DNA from: an uncultured virus (IMG/VR IMGVR_UViG_3300008108_000201)
Taxonomy: Duplodnaviria; Heunggongvirae; Uroviricota; Caudoviricetes
DNA length: 20,000 bases
IMG/VR virus record: IMGVR_UViG_3300008108_000201
Reading direction: 5' to 3' (one strand)
The stretch's first letter is position 1. The number at the start of each line of letters is the position of its first letter. The position numbers and the translations under genes are program-made. The notes below the pieces were generated by a model. The model was not told where the DNA came from. It worked only from the letters and a program-made list of their open reading frames with translations, and ran no database searches. This document shows positions 9,008-18,749 of this stretch, piece by piece.

Positions 9008-9445
9008 ATGACGAGAATTAACATAGGTATTCCACCTAAGGAGTTAACTAATAAGCATTTAATTGCTGAACATAGAGAGTTAAAGCGCATACCAAACGTT
9101 GTAGCAAAGGGTAAATATAATCTCAAGAGCGTTCCTCAAGAGTTTACCCTGGGTAAAGGTCATGTATCATTTTTTTACGACAAGCTAGGATATTTAAAAG
9201 AGAGATACATTGACCTCTACAACGAATGTATATTTAGGGGATTTCAAGTACAGAGTTATTTAGCGTCATGGGACGGTGTACCGCAAGAGTTAATGAATAG
9301 TTATACTCCAACAGATAAGGATATTTGTATAATCCGTGAAAGGATAGCTGAAAGATTGGCTAATCCGATTGCAAAACAAAAAAAGAATGGATTACAGAAA
9401 GATGTTCGAGCAGATGGAGAAACAAGAGCCGGTAGACTTACATAA
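9008..9445 (+). CDS. denV: Pyrimidine dimer DNA glycosylase / endonuclease V
   Basis: MTRIN start (catalytic Thr2), HLIAEHRELKRI (Glu23-equivalent) and FTLGKGHVSFFYDKLGYL..RY match T4 DenV. Confidence 0.92.
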   Translation: MTRINIGIPPKELTNKHLIAEHRELKRIPNVVAKGKYNLKSVPQEFTLGKGHVSFFYDKLGYLKERYIDLYNECIFRGFQVQSYLASWDGVPQELMNSYTPTDKDICIIRERIAERLANPIAKQKKNGLQKDVRADGETRAGRLT

Positions 9446-10403
9446 GAATAGTAGAGTTTTAATTGTCGATTCGCTAAATACCTTCTTACGCAGTTTTACA
9501 GCAATTAGTCACATAAATCCAAGCGGGGCGCACATTGGAGGTCTAGGCGGCTTTCTTAAATCTATAGGAGCAGCTATAAGACAGTTACAGCCTACTAGGG
9601 TTATTCTAGTCTTTGACGGCCAAGGAGGATCTACAAATAAAAGATACCTCTACCCCGAGTATAAAGCAAATCGGCATATAACTAAAATCTCAAACTGGGA
9701 TGCATTCGACAACCAAGAAGAAGAATCTGAATCAATAACTGCACAAATTGTACGTCTAGTTGATTATCTCAAGTGTCTCCCTGTTGATTTAGTTATTATA
9801 GATAAAATAGAAGCCGACGACGTTATAGGGTATCTTGCAGGGCAATTTACCGAGAAGGTATTTGTATTATCAACCGATCAAGACTATTTACAGCTTGTTA
9901 ACGACAACGTTTTCGTTTTTTCTCCAATCAAGAAAATCATTTACGATCCCGCAACAGTTATCGAGGAGTACGGAATACCTGCCCATAATTTTCTAACCCA
10001 TAAAGTTATAGTAGGTGATAAGGGAGATAACGTACCTGGTGTTAGAGGTATTGCAGCTAAAACCTTAATCAAATTATTTCCTGCTATTACGTCGAGTGAG
10101 GAATTTACTTTAGAGAAACTACTAAATGAATGCGTAGGGAAGGATAAAAAGTATGCCGATGTTTATAATTTTCGCAATCAGTTAGAGATCAATAGGAAAT
10201 TAATGGATATTCAAAATCCAAACATTCCTGAAACGGATAAAGAGGTATTAAATCATATTATAGCCAATCACAATAACGAGTTTAATCCTGAGAGCTTCGT
10301 TAAGCTATACAACGAAGACCAGTTAGGTAAGACAATGCCAAGTCCACATTTATGGTTGAGTGAAATATTTTCAAAATTAGCTAAGTTCGAGTTGAAAAAA
10401 TAA
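9387..10403 (+). CDS. 5'-3' exonuclease / flap endonuclease (Pol I N-terminal domain or T4 RNase H-like)
   Basis: LIVDSLN, VFDG, YPEYKANR, EADDVI, STDQDYLQ, GDKGDNVPGVRGIAAKT (H3TH); ATG at 9387 preferred over TTG at 9369. Confidence 0.9.
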   Translation: MDYRKMFEQMEKQEPVDLHKNSRVLIVDSLNTFLRSFTAISHINPSGAHIGGLGGFLKSIGAAIRQLQPTRVILVFDGQGGSTNKRYLYPEYKANRHITKISNWDAFDNQEEESESITAQIVRLVDYLKCLPVDLVIIDKIEADDVIGYLAGQFTEKVFVLSTDQDYLQLVNDNVFVFSPIKKIIYDPATVIEEYGIPAHNFLTHKVIVGDKGDNVPGVRGIAAKTLIKLFPAITSSEEFTLEKLLNECVGKDKKYADVYNFRNQLEINRKLMDIQNPNIPETDKEVLNHIIANHNNEFNPESFVKLYNEDQLGKTMPSPHLWLSEIFSKLAKFELKK

Positions 10404-10422
10404 AGAAAGGTTCTTATATTAT
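10391..10422 (+). promoter_or_regulatory. Bacteroidota sigma70-type promoter (GTTG-N20-TATATT) for the helicase
   Basis: GTTG 10391-10394, TA at 10415. Confidence 0.6.
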
Positions 10423-10425
10423 CAT

Positions 10426-11799
10426 ATGGGAGTATTAAATCAGTTACAGCAGTATGGAGTAAGCTTTCAAATAAAAGTTTTATCAAGCCTACTTAAGCAT
10501 AGAGAATTTTTACAAAGTATTTATGATATACTAGAAGAAGATTACTTTGATAATCCAGCACATAAATGGATTGTTGAAGAGATACTGAAGTACCACTACA
10601 AATACCATACTACACCTACCCTCGACGTACTCCAAGTAGAGGTGAAGAAAATTGAAAACGAGGTATTAAAAGTATCGGTAATTGAGCAGTTAAAAGAAGC
10701 CTATAAAGCATCTAACGAAGATAGAGACTTTGTTGAGCAGGAGTTTTCTAACTTCTGTAAAAATCAGCAATTAAAGAAAGCGTTACTATCTTCTGTCGAG
10801 CTACTTGAAAAAGGTCAGTACGATGATATTCGTTACCTAATTGATACTGCACTAAAAGCAGGCCAAGATAAAAATATCGGTCACGAGTATGAAAAGGATG
10901 CCGAGACTCGTTATAGAATGGAAGAAAGAGCTCCACAGCCTACACCTTGGGAACATATTAACGAACTACTGCAAGGAGGTTTAGGTTCAGGTGATTTAGG
11001 TATTATCTTCGGGAATCCAGGCGGCGGTAAGAGCTGGATGCTCGTTGCATTAGGTGCAATGATTGTATCAGGCGGCGGTACTGTAGCTCATTACACCCTT
11101 GAACTATCAGAAACGTATATGGGTAAGAGATACGATTCTATTTTTACCGGTATTAGAATTCAAGATCTAGGTAAGCATAGAAAAGAGGTAGATGAAGCAG
11201 TGAGTAAATTACCTGGTAAGCTTATTATCAAAGAATTTTCAATGGGTAAAGCATCTATATCAACTATTGAGAGTCATATACAGAAGATTACCGATCTCGG
11301 ACATAGACCAGATCTTATTATTATCGACTATGTTGATCTTCTTAAATCTAAGAGAAAATCTATTGACAGAAAAGATGAGATAGATGATATTTATGTCTCC
11401 ACCAAGGCCCTGGCCCGTGATCTCAAGATACCAATTTGGACTGTATCACAGGTAAATAGAGCAGGTGCAAAGGACGATGTTATCGAAGGAGATAAAGCAG
11501 CCGGATCTTACAATAAGATTATGATTGCTGACTTTGCGATGTCGTTGTCTAGAAAGAGGTTAGATAAAGTTAACGGTACTGGTAGAGCACATATTATGAA
11601 AAACCGTTATGGCGGTGATGGTATGACTTACCCTGTGAAAATCAATACCGAAAACGGTAATATTGAAATAACAGCACGCGAAATGGGTGAGGATGAATTC
11701 GTTCAAGAAGGAGCTCCGATACCCGGAAAGCCGGTAACTGGTTTCAGTGCAGAAGAGAAAAATTTTCTACAACAAAGGTTTTTTGAATTAGGGAAATAA
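10426..11799 (+). CDS. dnaB: Replicative DNA helicase, DnaB/T4 gp41-like (SF4)
   Basis: Walker A GNPGGGKS, YTLEL, IIIDYVDL, WTVSQVNR, KNRYG. Confidence 0.9.
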   Translation: MGVLNQLQQYGVSFQIKVLSSLLKHREFLQSIYDILEEDYFDNPAHKWIVEEILKYHYKYHTTPTLDVLQVEVKKIENEVLKVSVIEQLKEAYKASNEDRDFVEQEFSNFCKNQQLKKALLSSVELLEKGQYDDIRYLIDTALKAGQDKNIGHEYEKDAETRYRMEERAPQPTPWEHINELLQGGLGSGDLGIIFGNPGGGKSWMLVALGAMIVSGGGTVAHYTLELSETYMGKRYDSIFTGIRIQDLGKHRKEVDEAVSKLPGKLIIKEFSMGKASISTIESHIQKITDLGHRPDLIIIDYVDLLKSKRKSIDRKDEIDDIYVSTKALARDLKIPIWTVSQVNRAGAKDDVIEGDKAAGSYNKIMIADFAMSLSRKRLDKVNGTGRAHIMKNRYGGDGMTYPVKINTENGNIEITAREMGEDEFVQEGAPIPGKPVTGFSAEEKNFLQQRFFELGK

Positions 11800-11801
11800 G
11801 C

Positions 11802-11810
11802 TATTTATTA
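11802..11810 (+). promoter_or_regulatory. TATTTATTA motif, candidate phage late promoter
   Basis: Intergenic, 18 nt before ATG 11829. Confidence 0.45.
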
Positions 11811-11828
11811 CTACAAAAGTTATCAGAT

Positions 11829-12047
11829 ATGAGCATAGCGGAATTATACGTCGAAAAAAGAACTCCATTTGCACCTCCGGTGAATCAATCTACTTACGAG
11901 CAGTTCGTATTTAATATGGAGAGCAATGGTACTAACGACCTAGTTGAAAGAGACATGGTTGACCCTACTTTCCGCCCCCCGCAAGCTTCAGATAGCTATC
12001 TAGCCCAAAAATTCCAAAGCGGGCTAAATTCGAATTTAAGCCAGTAA
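11829..12047 (+). CDS. Small hypothetical protein (72 aa)
   Basis: ATG-start ORF on the coding strand filling the helicase-nrdJ gap, preceded by TATTTATTA. Confidence 0.55.
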   Translation: MSIAELYVEKRTPFAPPVNQSTYEQFVFNMESNGTNDLVERDMVDPTFRPPQASDSYLAQKFQSGLNSNLSQ

Positions 12048-12096
12048 TTGAGTAATTTGTTATGATCTCAACGGCATCGTAAGATCGCCGAACAAA
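12048..12096 (+). promoter_or_regulatory. Putative structured RNA leader (GNRA hairpin within a possible pseudoknot) upstream of nrdJ
   Basis: CGGC-ATC-[GTAA]-GAT-C-GCCG hairpin 12072-12090; TTTGTT 12056-12061 / AACAAA 12091-12096; TTGAG 12048-12052 / CTCAA 12067-12071. Confidence 0.4.
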
Positions 12097-12133
12097 AAAC
12101 CTATCTTTAAACTATTAAAAAACATTAAGAGAC

Positions 12134-13990
12134 ATGGACATCTCCCAGAGCATCCTAAGTGATATTACAGTGTATATGAAATACGCAAAATTCAACCCAG
12201 ACTTAAATAGAAGAGAATCTTGGGATGAGTTAGTTGATAGAAATAAAGAAATGCACATAAAGAAATTCCCTCATTTAAAAGATGAGATTGAGGATGCTTA
12301 TACGTTTGTCTATGATAAAAAAGCTTTACCTTCTATGCGTTCTATGCAGTTTGCCGGTAAGCCCATTGAGATTAGTCCTAACCGTATATATAATTGCGCT
12401 TACTTACCTATAGACGATTGGAGAGCTTTCGGTGAGACTATGTTCTTGTTACTTGGAGGAACTGGGGTAGGTTATTCAGTGCAGAAACACCACGTTGATC
12501 AATTACCTGAAATCAGAAAACCTGATCCAAAGAAAAATCGTCGTTTTCTCATCGGGGATAGTATTGAAGGATGGGCCGATGCGGTAAAGGTACTCGTACG
12601 CTCTTATTTTGAAGGAGGATCCACTCCAGTATTTGATTTTTCAGATATTCGTCCTAAAGGTGCTCAACTAATTACTTCAGGCGGTAAAGCACCCGGCCCC
12701 CAGCCCCTTAAGGAGTGTTTACTAAAGATTCAAGGAGTATTAGATAGTAAGGAAAACAACGATAAATTAAAACCAATTGAGGTTCACGACATTGTATGTC
12801 ATATTGCAGATGCAGTATTAACCGGAGGTATTCGTAGGGCTGCTTTAATTAGCCTATTTAGCGCCGATGACGAAGATATGATTGCTGCTAAGTCGGGTCC
12901 ATGGTGGGAACGTAATCCTCAAAGAGGTAGAGCTAATAACTCTGCCGTTCTACTTCGCAGCAAGGCAACAGAGGAGTTCTTTATGAATCTCTGGGAGAAA
13001 ATTAAAGCATCAGGTGCAGGCGAACCAGGTATCTATTTCAATAATGATAAAGACTGGGGAACTAATCCATGCTGTGAAATCGCATTACGTCCTTATCAGT
13101 TCTGTAACCTGTGCGAGGTAAACGTATCAGACGTTGACGATCAAGAAGACTTAAATCAAAGAGTTAAGGCAGCTACATTTATCGGTACCTTGCAAGCATC
13201 GTATACCAACTTCCACTACCTACGCCCTGTATGGCAACGTACTACCGAAAAGGATGCCTTAATCGGCGTGGGTATGACAGGTATCGGATCAGGTGCAGCT
13301 CAAAAACTAGATCTCAAGCAAGCAGCCCAAATTGTGAAGGAGGAGAATGAAAGAGTAGCTAAGCTAATCGGTATTAATCCTGCAGCAAGATGTACTACTA
13401 TTAAACCATCTGGTACTTCATCTCTGACTTTAGGTACATCAAGCGGTATTCATGCATGGCATAACGATTATTACATCCGCAGAATCCGGGTAGGTAAGAA
13501 CGAAGCAATCTATACTCATTTATCGATTCATCATCCTGAACTTGTTGAAGACGAATACTTCCGTCCACACGATACTGCTGTTATTTCAGTACCGCAGAAA
13601 GCACCAGAAGGATCTATTTTACGTCACGAATCTGCTTTACAGCTTCTAGAAAGAGTGAAGTTCTTTTATCAGAATTGGATCAAACCTGGACATAGAACAG
13701 GTCAAAACACTCACAATATATCAGCTACAGTTTCTATTAAAGATGCAGAATGGGAAGAAGTAGGTAAGTGGATGTGGGAAAATCGTAAGTTCTACAACGG
13801 ACTTTCTGTACTTCCTTTTTCAGAACACACCTATAAACAAGCTCCTTTTGAGGATTGTACTGAAGAGCAATATGAAGAACTCATGAAAAGTCTTACTAAT
13901 GTAGACCTCTCACAAGTAGTTGAATTTGTTGATAGTACGAATTTAATGGGAGAAGTAGCTTGTGCTGGTGGAGCTTGCGAAGTAGTTTAG
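12134..13990 (+). CDS. nrdJ: Class II (adenosylcobalamin-dependent) ribonucleotide reductase
   Basis: PSMR, NCAY, GGTGVGYS, GGIRRAA, active-site TNPCCEI, CNL.EVN, IKPSGT, C-terminal redox pair CAGGAC; no ATP cone, no intein, no adjacent beta subunit. Confidence 0.92.
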   Translation: MDISQSILSDITVYMKYAKFNPDLNRRESWDELVDRNKEMHIKKFPHLKDEIEDAYTFVYDKKALPSMRSMQFAGKPIEISPNRIYNCAYLPIDDWRAFGETMFLLLGGTGVGYSVQKHHVDQLPEIRKPDPKKNRRFLIGDSIEGWADAVKVLVRSYFEGGSTPVFDFSDIRPKGAQLITSGGKAPGPQPLKECLLKIQGVLDSKENNDKLKPIEVHDIVCHIADAVLTGGIRRAALISLFSADDEDMIAAKSGPWWERNPQRGRANNSAVLLRSKATEEFFMNLWEKIKASGAGEPGIYFNNDKDWGTNPCCEIALRPYQFCNLCEVNVSDVDDQEDLNQRVKAATFIGTLQASYTNFHYLRPVWQRTTEKDALIGVGMTGIGSGAAQKLDLKQAAQIVKEENERVAKLIGINPAARCTTIKPSGTSSLTLGTSSGIHAWHNDYYIRRIRVGKNEAIYTHLSIHHPELVEDEYFRPHDTAVISVPQKAPEGSILRHESALQLLERVKFFYQNWIKPGHRTGQNTHNISATVSIKDAEWEEVGKWMWENRKFYNGLSVLPFSEHTYKQAPFEDCTEEQYEELMKSLTNVDLSQVVEFVDSTNLMGEVACAGGACEVV

Positions 13991-14010
13991 TTGCTTTCCA
14001 TAGTTGCTGA

Positions 14011-14019
14011 TATTTATTA
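14011..14019 (+). promoter_or_regulatory. TATTTATTA motif, candidate phage late promoter
   Basis: Between the nrdJ stop and GTG 14022. Confidence 0.45.
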
Positions 14020-14021
14020 AC

Positions 14022-14312
14022 GTGAATTTACTAGATTTATTCCGGAAAAGTAGATTAAGGACTCCTACCGCAAACGGTAACAGGCCGTCCACTACTTATG
14101 AAGATAGTGTTGTAAAAGCTCGCAATGTACGATTTCCTCCAAATATATCTCCAGGAGCGAATTTTGATCAATATGTGAGATATGAAGAGACAGGTGCCGT
14201 ACCAGGATCGCCAGCTCCGGTTCAAGTAACGTATTACATGGTTGCAGAGAATGATGATTTTCTAATAACTGAAAACGATAATAATTTAATAATTGATCAA
14301 GAAATTGTTTAA
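14022..14312 (+). CDS. Small hypothetical protein, probably virion/fibre-associated
   Basis: GTG start at 14022 (in frame with listed ORF 14004); C-terminal MVAENDDFLITENDNNLII resembles the L.TE repeats that often accompany phage fibre genes. Confidence 0.55.
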   Translation: MNLLDLFRKSRLRTPTANGNRPSTTYEDSVVKARNVRFPPNISPGANFDQYVRYEETGAVPGSPAPVQVTYYMVAENDDFLITENDNNLIIDQEIV

Positions 14313-14316
14313 TTAA

Positions 14317-16275
<1,959 letters not shown>

Positions 16276-16289
16276 TTTAAATAGACGTT

Positions 16290-16754
16290 ATGAGTGTATT
16301 TCGATCAACTAAGCTATTTGACGGGTATAGTTGTGTATTCCGTCAATGGAAAGCAGAAGGCACACATTGCCGATTTCTTCACGGGTACGGAGTATCATTT
16401 AGAGTATGGTTTGAAGGTGACTTAGACCATCGTAATTGGGTCTGGGACTTTGGAGGTATGAAACGTGCTAAAGGTACTATTGACGGTATGAATCCTAAAG
16501 CCTGGATGGATTATATGTTTGACCATACAACTGTTGTAGCAGAAGATGATCCGTACCGCTCTTATTTTCATAATATGTACGAAGAAGGGATAGTTCAACT
16601 AAGAGTACTTCCTGCAGTCGGAGCTGAACAGTTTGCTAAATTCATTTTCGAAAAATTAAATACATTCGTTCAGGAGGAAACTGAAGGTAGAGTTAAGGTA
16701 GTAAGAGTTGAATTTATGGAAAATAACAAAAACTCAGCTACGTATGAAGAGTAA
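16290..16754 (+). CDS. queD: 6-carboxy-5,6,7,8-tetrahydropterin synthase (QueD/PTPS family)
   Basis: HCRFLHGY, WVWDFG, FDHT, GAEQFA and E...NSA.Y motifs; queE nearby. Confidence 0.9.
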   Translation: MSVFRSTKLFDGYSCVFRQWKAEGTHCRFLHGYGVSFRVWFEGDLDHRNWVWDFGGMKRAKGTIDGMNPKAWMDYMFDHTTVVAEDDPYRSYFHNMYEEGIVQLRVLPAVGAEQFAKFIFEKLNTFVQEETEGRVKVVRVEFMENNKNSATYEE

Positions 16755-17004
16755 GAAAAAAGCTCAACGCAAAAAGCTTATTGAACAGCAACCTCCTCCG
16801 TACAGTGAAGGACATTGGGAAGAAGCTATCTTAGAGAATAATAGCTACTATGATATTGATATCCTAAACAAAGCTAACGCACCTATCTTCCGTAAAATAG
16901 AAGAATGGGAAAAGAAGTATGAAGACGCTTCTAGCTGGTTAGGTAAATGGTACTGCCAGACCCAGATAGATAAGTGGAAAAAGAAACTACACCACTACAA
17001 ATAA
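16744..17004 (+). CDS. Hypothetical protein (86 aa)
   Basis: ATG at 16744 overlapping the queD stop, in frame with listed ORF 16708. Confidence 0.55.
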   Translation: MKSKKKAQRKKLIEQQPPPYSEGHWEEAILENNSYYDIDILNKANAPIFRKIEEWEKKYEDASSWLGKWYCQTQIDKWKKKLHHYK

Positions 17005-17009
17005 AAAAT

Positions 17010-17135
17010 ATGTTTGAATCAGTTATGCACGCCCTCGGTCTTTGCGGAGACCAGCACCCAACTATTTTAGGTATTTTGTTGGAATATCCACAAATTAATC
17101 ATATATTCAATTACATAAAAACATGGAGGTTATAA
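17010..17135 (+). CDS. Unlisted 41-aa small protein MFESVMHALGLCGDQHPTILGILLEYPQINHIFNYIKTWRL
   Basis: Translated by hand; fills the gap between the stop at 17004 and the ATG at 17139; A-rich leader; H..GLCG..HP motif. Confidence 0.65.
   Translation: MFESVMHALGLCGDQHPTILGILLEYPQINHIFNYIKTWRL
17078..17109 (+). promoter_or_regulatory. Bacteroidota sigma70-type promoter (GTTG-N20-TATATT) upstream of the 17139 ORF and queE
   Basis: GTTG 17078-17081, TA at 17102. Confidence 0.55.
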
Positions 17136-17138
17136 CCT

Positions 17139-17354
17139 ATGAAGTGCATTAAAAACATCAAGACTGGTGATATCCAGCGCGTAGACGATCGTCAAGCCGA
17201 TGCTAAGGTCGGGAGTACTTGGAAGTTTATTCCTAAGTCTGAATGGAAGGCAGCTACGCGTAAACCTAAACCCGAGGTATTAGAGGCTGTTGAAGAAACT
17301 ATTTCTGAAAAACAATTAAAGCGTAAAAAGAATGTCAAAGATAGATCCAAATAA
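17139..17354 (+). CDS. Small basic hypothetical protein (71 aa)
   Basis: ATG ORF with GGAGG upstream; I.RV.D..A...V...WKF.PKSEWK block; overlaps the queE start. Confidence 0.65.
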   Translation: MKCIKNIKTGDIQRVDDRQADAKVGSTWKFIPKSEWKAATRKPKPEVLEAVEETISEKQLKRKKNVKDRSK

Positions 17355-18165
17355 GTTATTAATTAGTAGCGATTTTTATTCGGTCCAAGGCGAAGGTATA
17401 AGCAGCGGAGTACCCTCTTATTTCGTCCGCCTAGGTATCTGTAACCTAACGTGCGGTATGTCTCGTAGGTTTGCTAATGAACTAGCAAAAGAGCAGAAGT
17501 TAGAAGATGGGGAAATATTTGAGGGGGACCTAGTTAAAGAAGGTAAAGCCACTTGGACTTGTGACAGTACAAGCCAATGGTTATGGAGAGGTGAAGATAA
17601 AGAATTTCAATATCTAATTGATAGATGGAAAGAGCAAGGCATTTACGAAGATATCAAAAACGGTGACATCCATATTATTTGGACTGGTGGTGAACCAACA
17701 ATTAAAGGGCATCAAGAGGCTATTGTTAATTTCTTTAAATATTGGAATTTAAATGGAGATTACAGCTGGCAAGTTTATAATGAAATTGAAACTAATGGTA
17801 CTGTAGTAATTGAAGATGATTTATTTAGTTACTTAAACCAAATCAACTGCTCACCTAAATTAGCTAACTCAGGTATGTCAGTTAAACAACGTATTGTACC
17901 CGATGCTATTAAACGTATAATGCAACATGGAAACTATCAATTTAAGTTTGTTATCTCGACTGAAGAAGATGTACAGGAATTATTCCGCGACTTTGTCGTA
18001 CCATTTAGCATACCTCTTAAAAATGTAGTGTGTATGCCTGGCTTAGATGATCAAGATGATTTCCACGAGCGCACTAACTTTGTTTTAGAAATGGCAAAAA
18101 AATATAAATTCCGTGGATTGACTCGTTTACATATTTCAGCTTGGAATAAAACATTAAATGTATAG
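17332..18165 (+). CDS. queE: 7-carboxy-7-deazaguanine synthase (radical SAM)
   Basis: FYSVQGEG, FVRLG.CNLTC...WTCDS, TGGEP, IETNGT, CSPKL, FKFV, RLH...W. Confidence 0.9.
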   Translation: MSKIDPNKLLISSDFYSVQGEGISSGVPSYFVRLGICNLTCGMSRRFANELAKEQKLEDGEIFEGDLVKEGKATWTCDSTSQWLWRGEDKEFQYLIDRWKEQGIYEDIKNGDIHIIWTGGEPTIKGHQEAIVNFFKYWNLNGDYSWQVYNEIETNGTVVIEDDLFSYLNQINCSPKLANSGMSVKQRIVPDAIKRIMQHGNYQFKFVISTEEDVQELFRDFVVPFSIPLKNVVCMPGLDDQDDFHERTNFVLEMAKKYKFRGLTRLHISAWNKTLNV

Positions 18166-18166
18166 T

Positions 18167-18394
18167 ATGCCTACTTACAAAATTAAAGGTGAAAGAACTC
18201 TTGTAGAGGCTTGGACCTATTTGGTAAGAGCTAAGGATGAAGATGAGGCGTTAGAAATGGTGCAAGATTGCCCTGACGGTGAATGTGAAGGTATCGTACG
18301 CCTTCAAGACGATCAATGCTATCAAGACGAGACTGAGTTTGAGGTGATTGAAAAAGTAAAAGAACCTAAAACCAAGAAAAAACGTAAATCATGA
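18167..18394 (+). CDS. Small hypothetical protein
   Basis: ATG 1 nt after the queE stop (alternative start 18158); V.A.DEDEA.E motif; ATGA overlap with the next gene. Confidence 0.6.
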   Translation: MPTYKIKGERTLVEAWTYLVRAKDEDEALEMVQDCPDGECEGIVRLQDDQCYQDETEFEVIEKVKEPKTKKKRKS

Positions 18395-18747
18395 GTACAG
18401 AAAAATCAATCTGGACCTGCAAGTTTTGCGGTAAGGATACTTCTGAGGTTGAGTACGATTACCTCTCAGGGTATGATCACCTGGGCTGTGCATTACAGAA
18501 TGATATGAAATCTGATGAAATGGATTGCTGCGTTTTATGTGGGGTACAGACTCCATATGCAAAATCCGTACATATCGATTATAGACGCGGGTATATTGAA
18601 GGAGCTGGACAGCTATGTCAGTCATGCTACGATCGAGGTACTGAACGCAGACAGATTCTTATACCTGCAGAAATAATTTATAATACCCCTAACGATTCTG
18701 AATTAGGTGCTAAGGTAAGAAAATTATATTGGGAGGTTACAAACTAG
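18391..18747 (+). CDS. Cys-rich, probable zinc-finger protein
   Basis: CKFC...HLGC and CVLC...GYIEGAGQLCQSC pairs. Confidence 0.65.
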   Translation: MSTEKSIWTCKFCGKDTSEVEYDYLSGYDHLGCALQNDMKSDEMDCCVLCGVQTPYAKSVHIDYRRGYIEGAGQLCQSCYDRGTERRQILIPAEIIYNTPNDSELGAKVRKLYWEVTN

Positions 18748-18749
18748 AC

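Noticed and set aside
12048..12100. nrdJ leader as an intrinsic terminator, HDV-like or hammerhead ribozyme, cobalamin riboswitch or NrdR box
   Set aside because: No U-tract 3' of the hairpin on either strand; no room for the HDV P3/L3; no CUGAnGA/GAAA core; too short for a B12 element; no NrdR consensus
12134..13990. Intein or intron in nrdJ (also considered for the helicase, recA and polymerase)
   Set aside because: Frames are continuous, lengths are normal or short, and no intein splice or homing-endonuclease motifs were seen
18701..18732. Possible eighth promoter (TTAG...TATATT) before the epimerase
   Set aside because: The upstream element and spacing (18 nt) do not match the other seven copies
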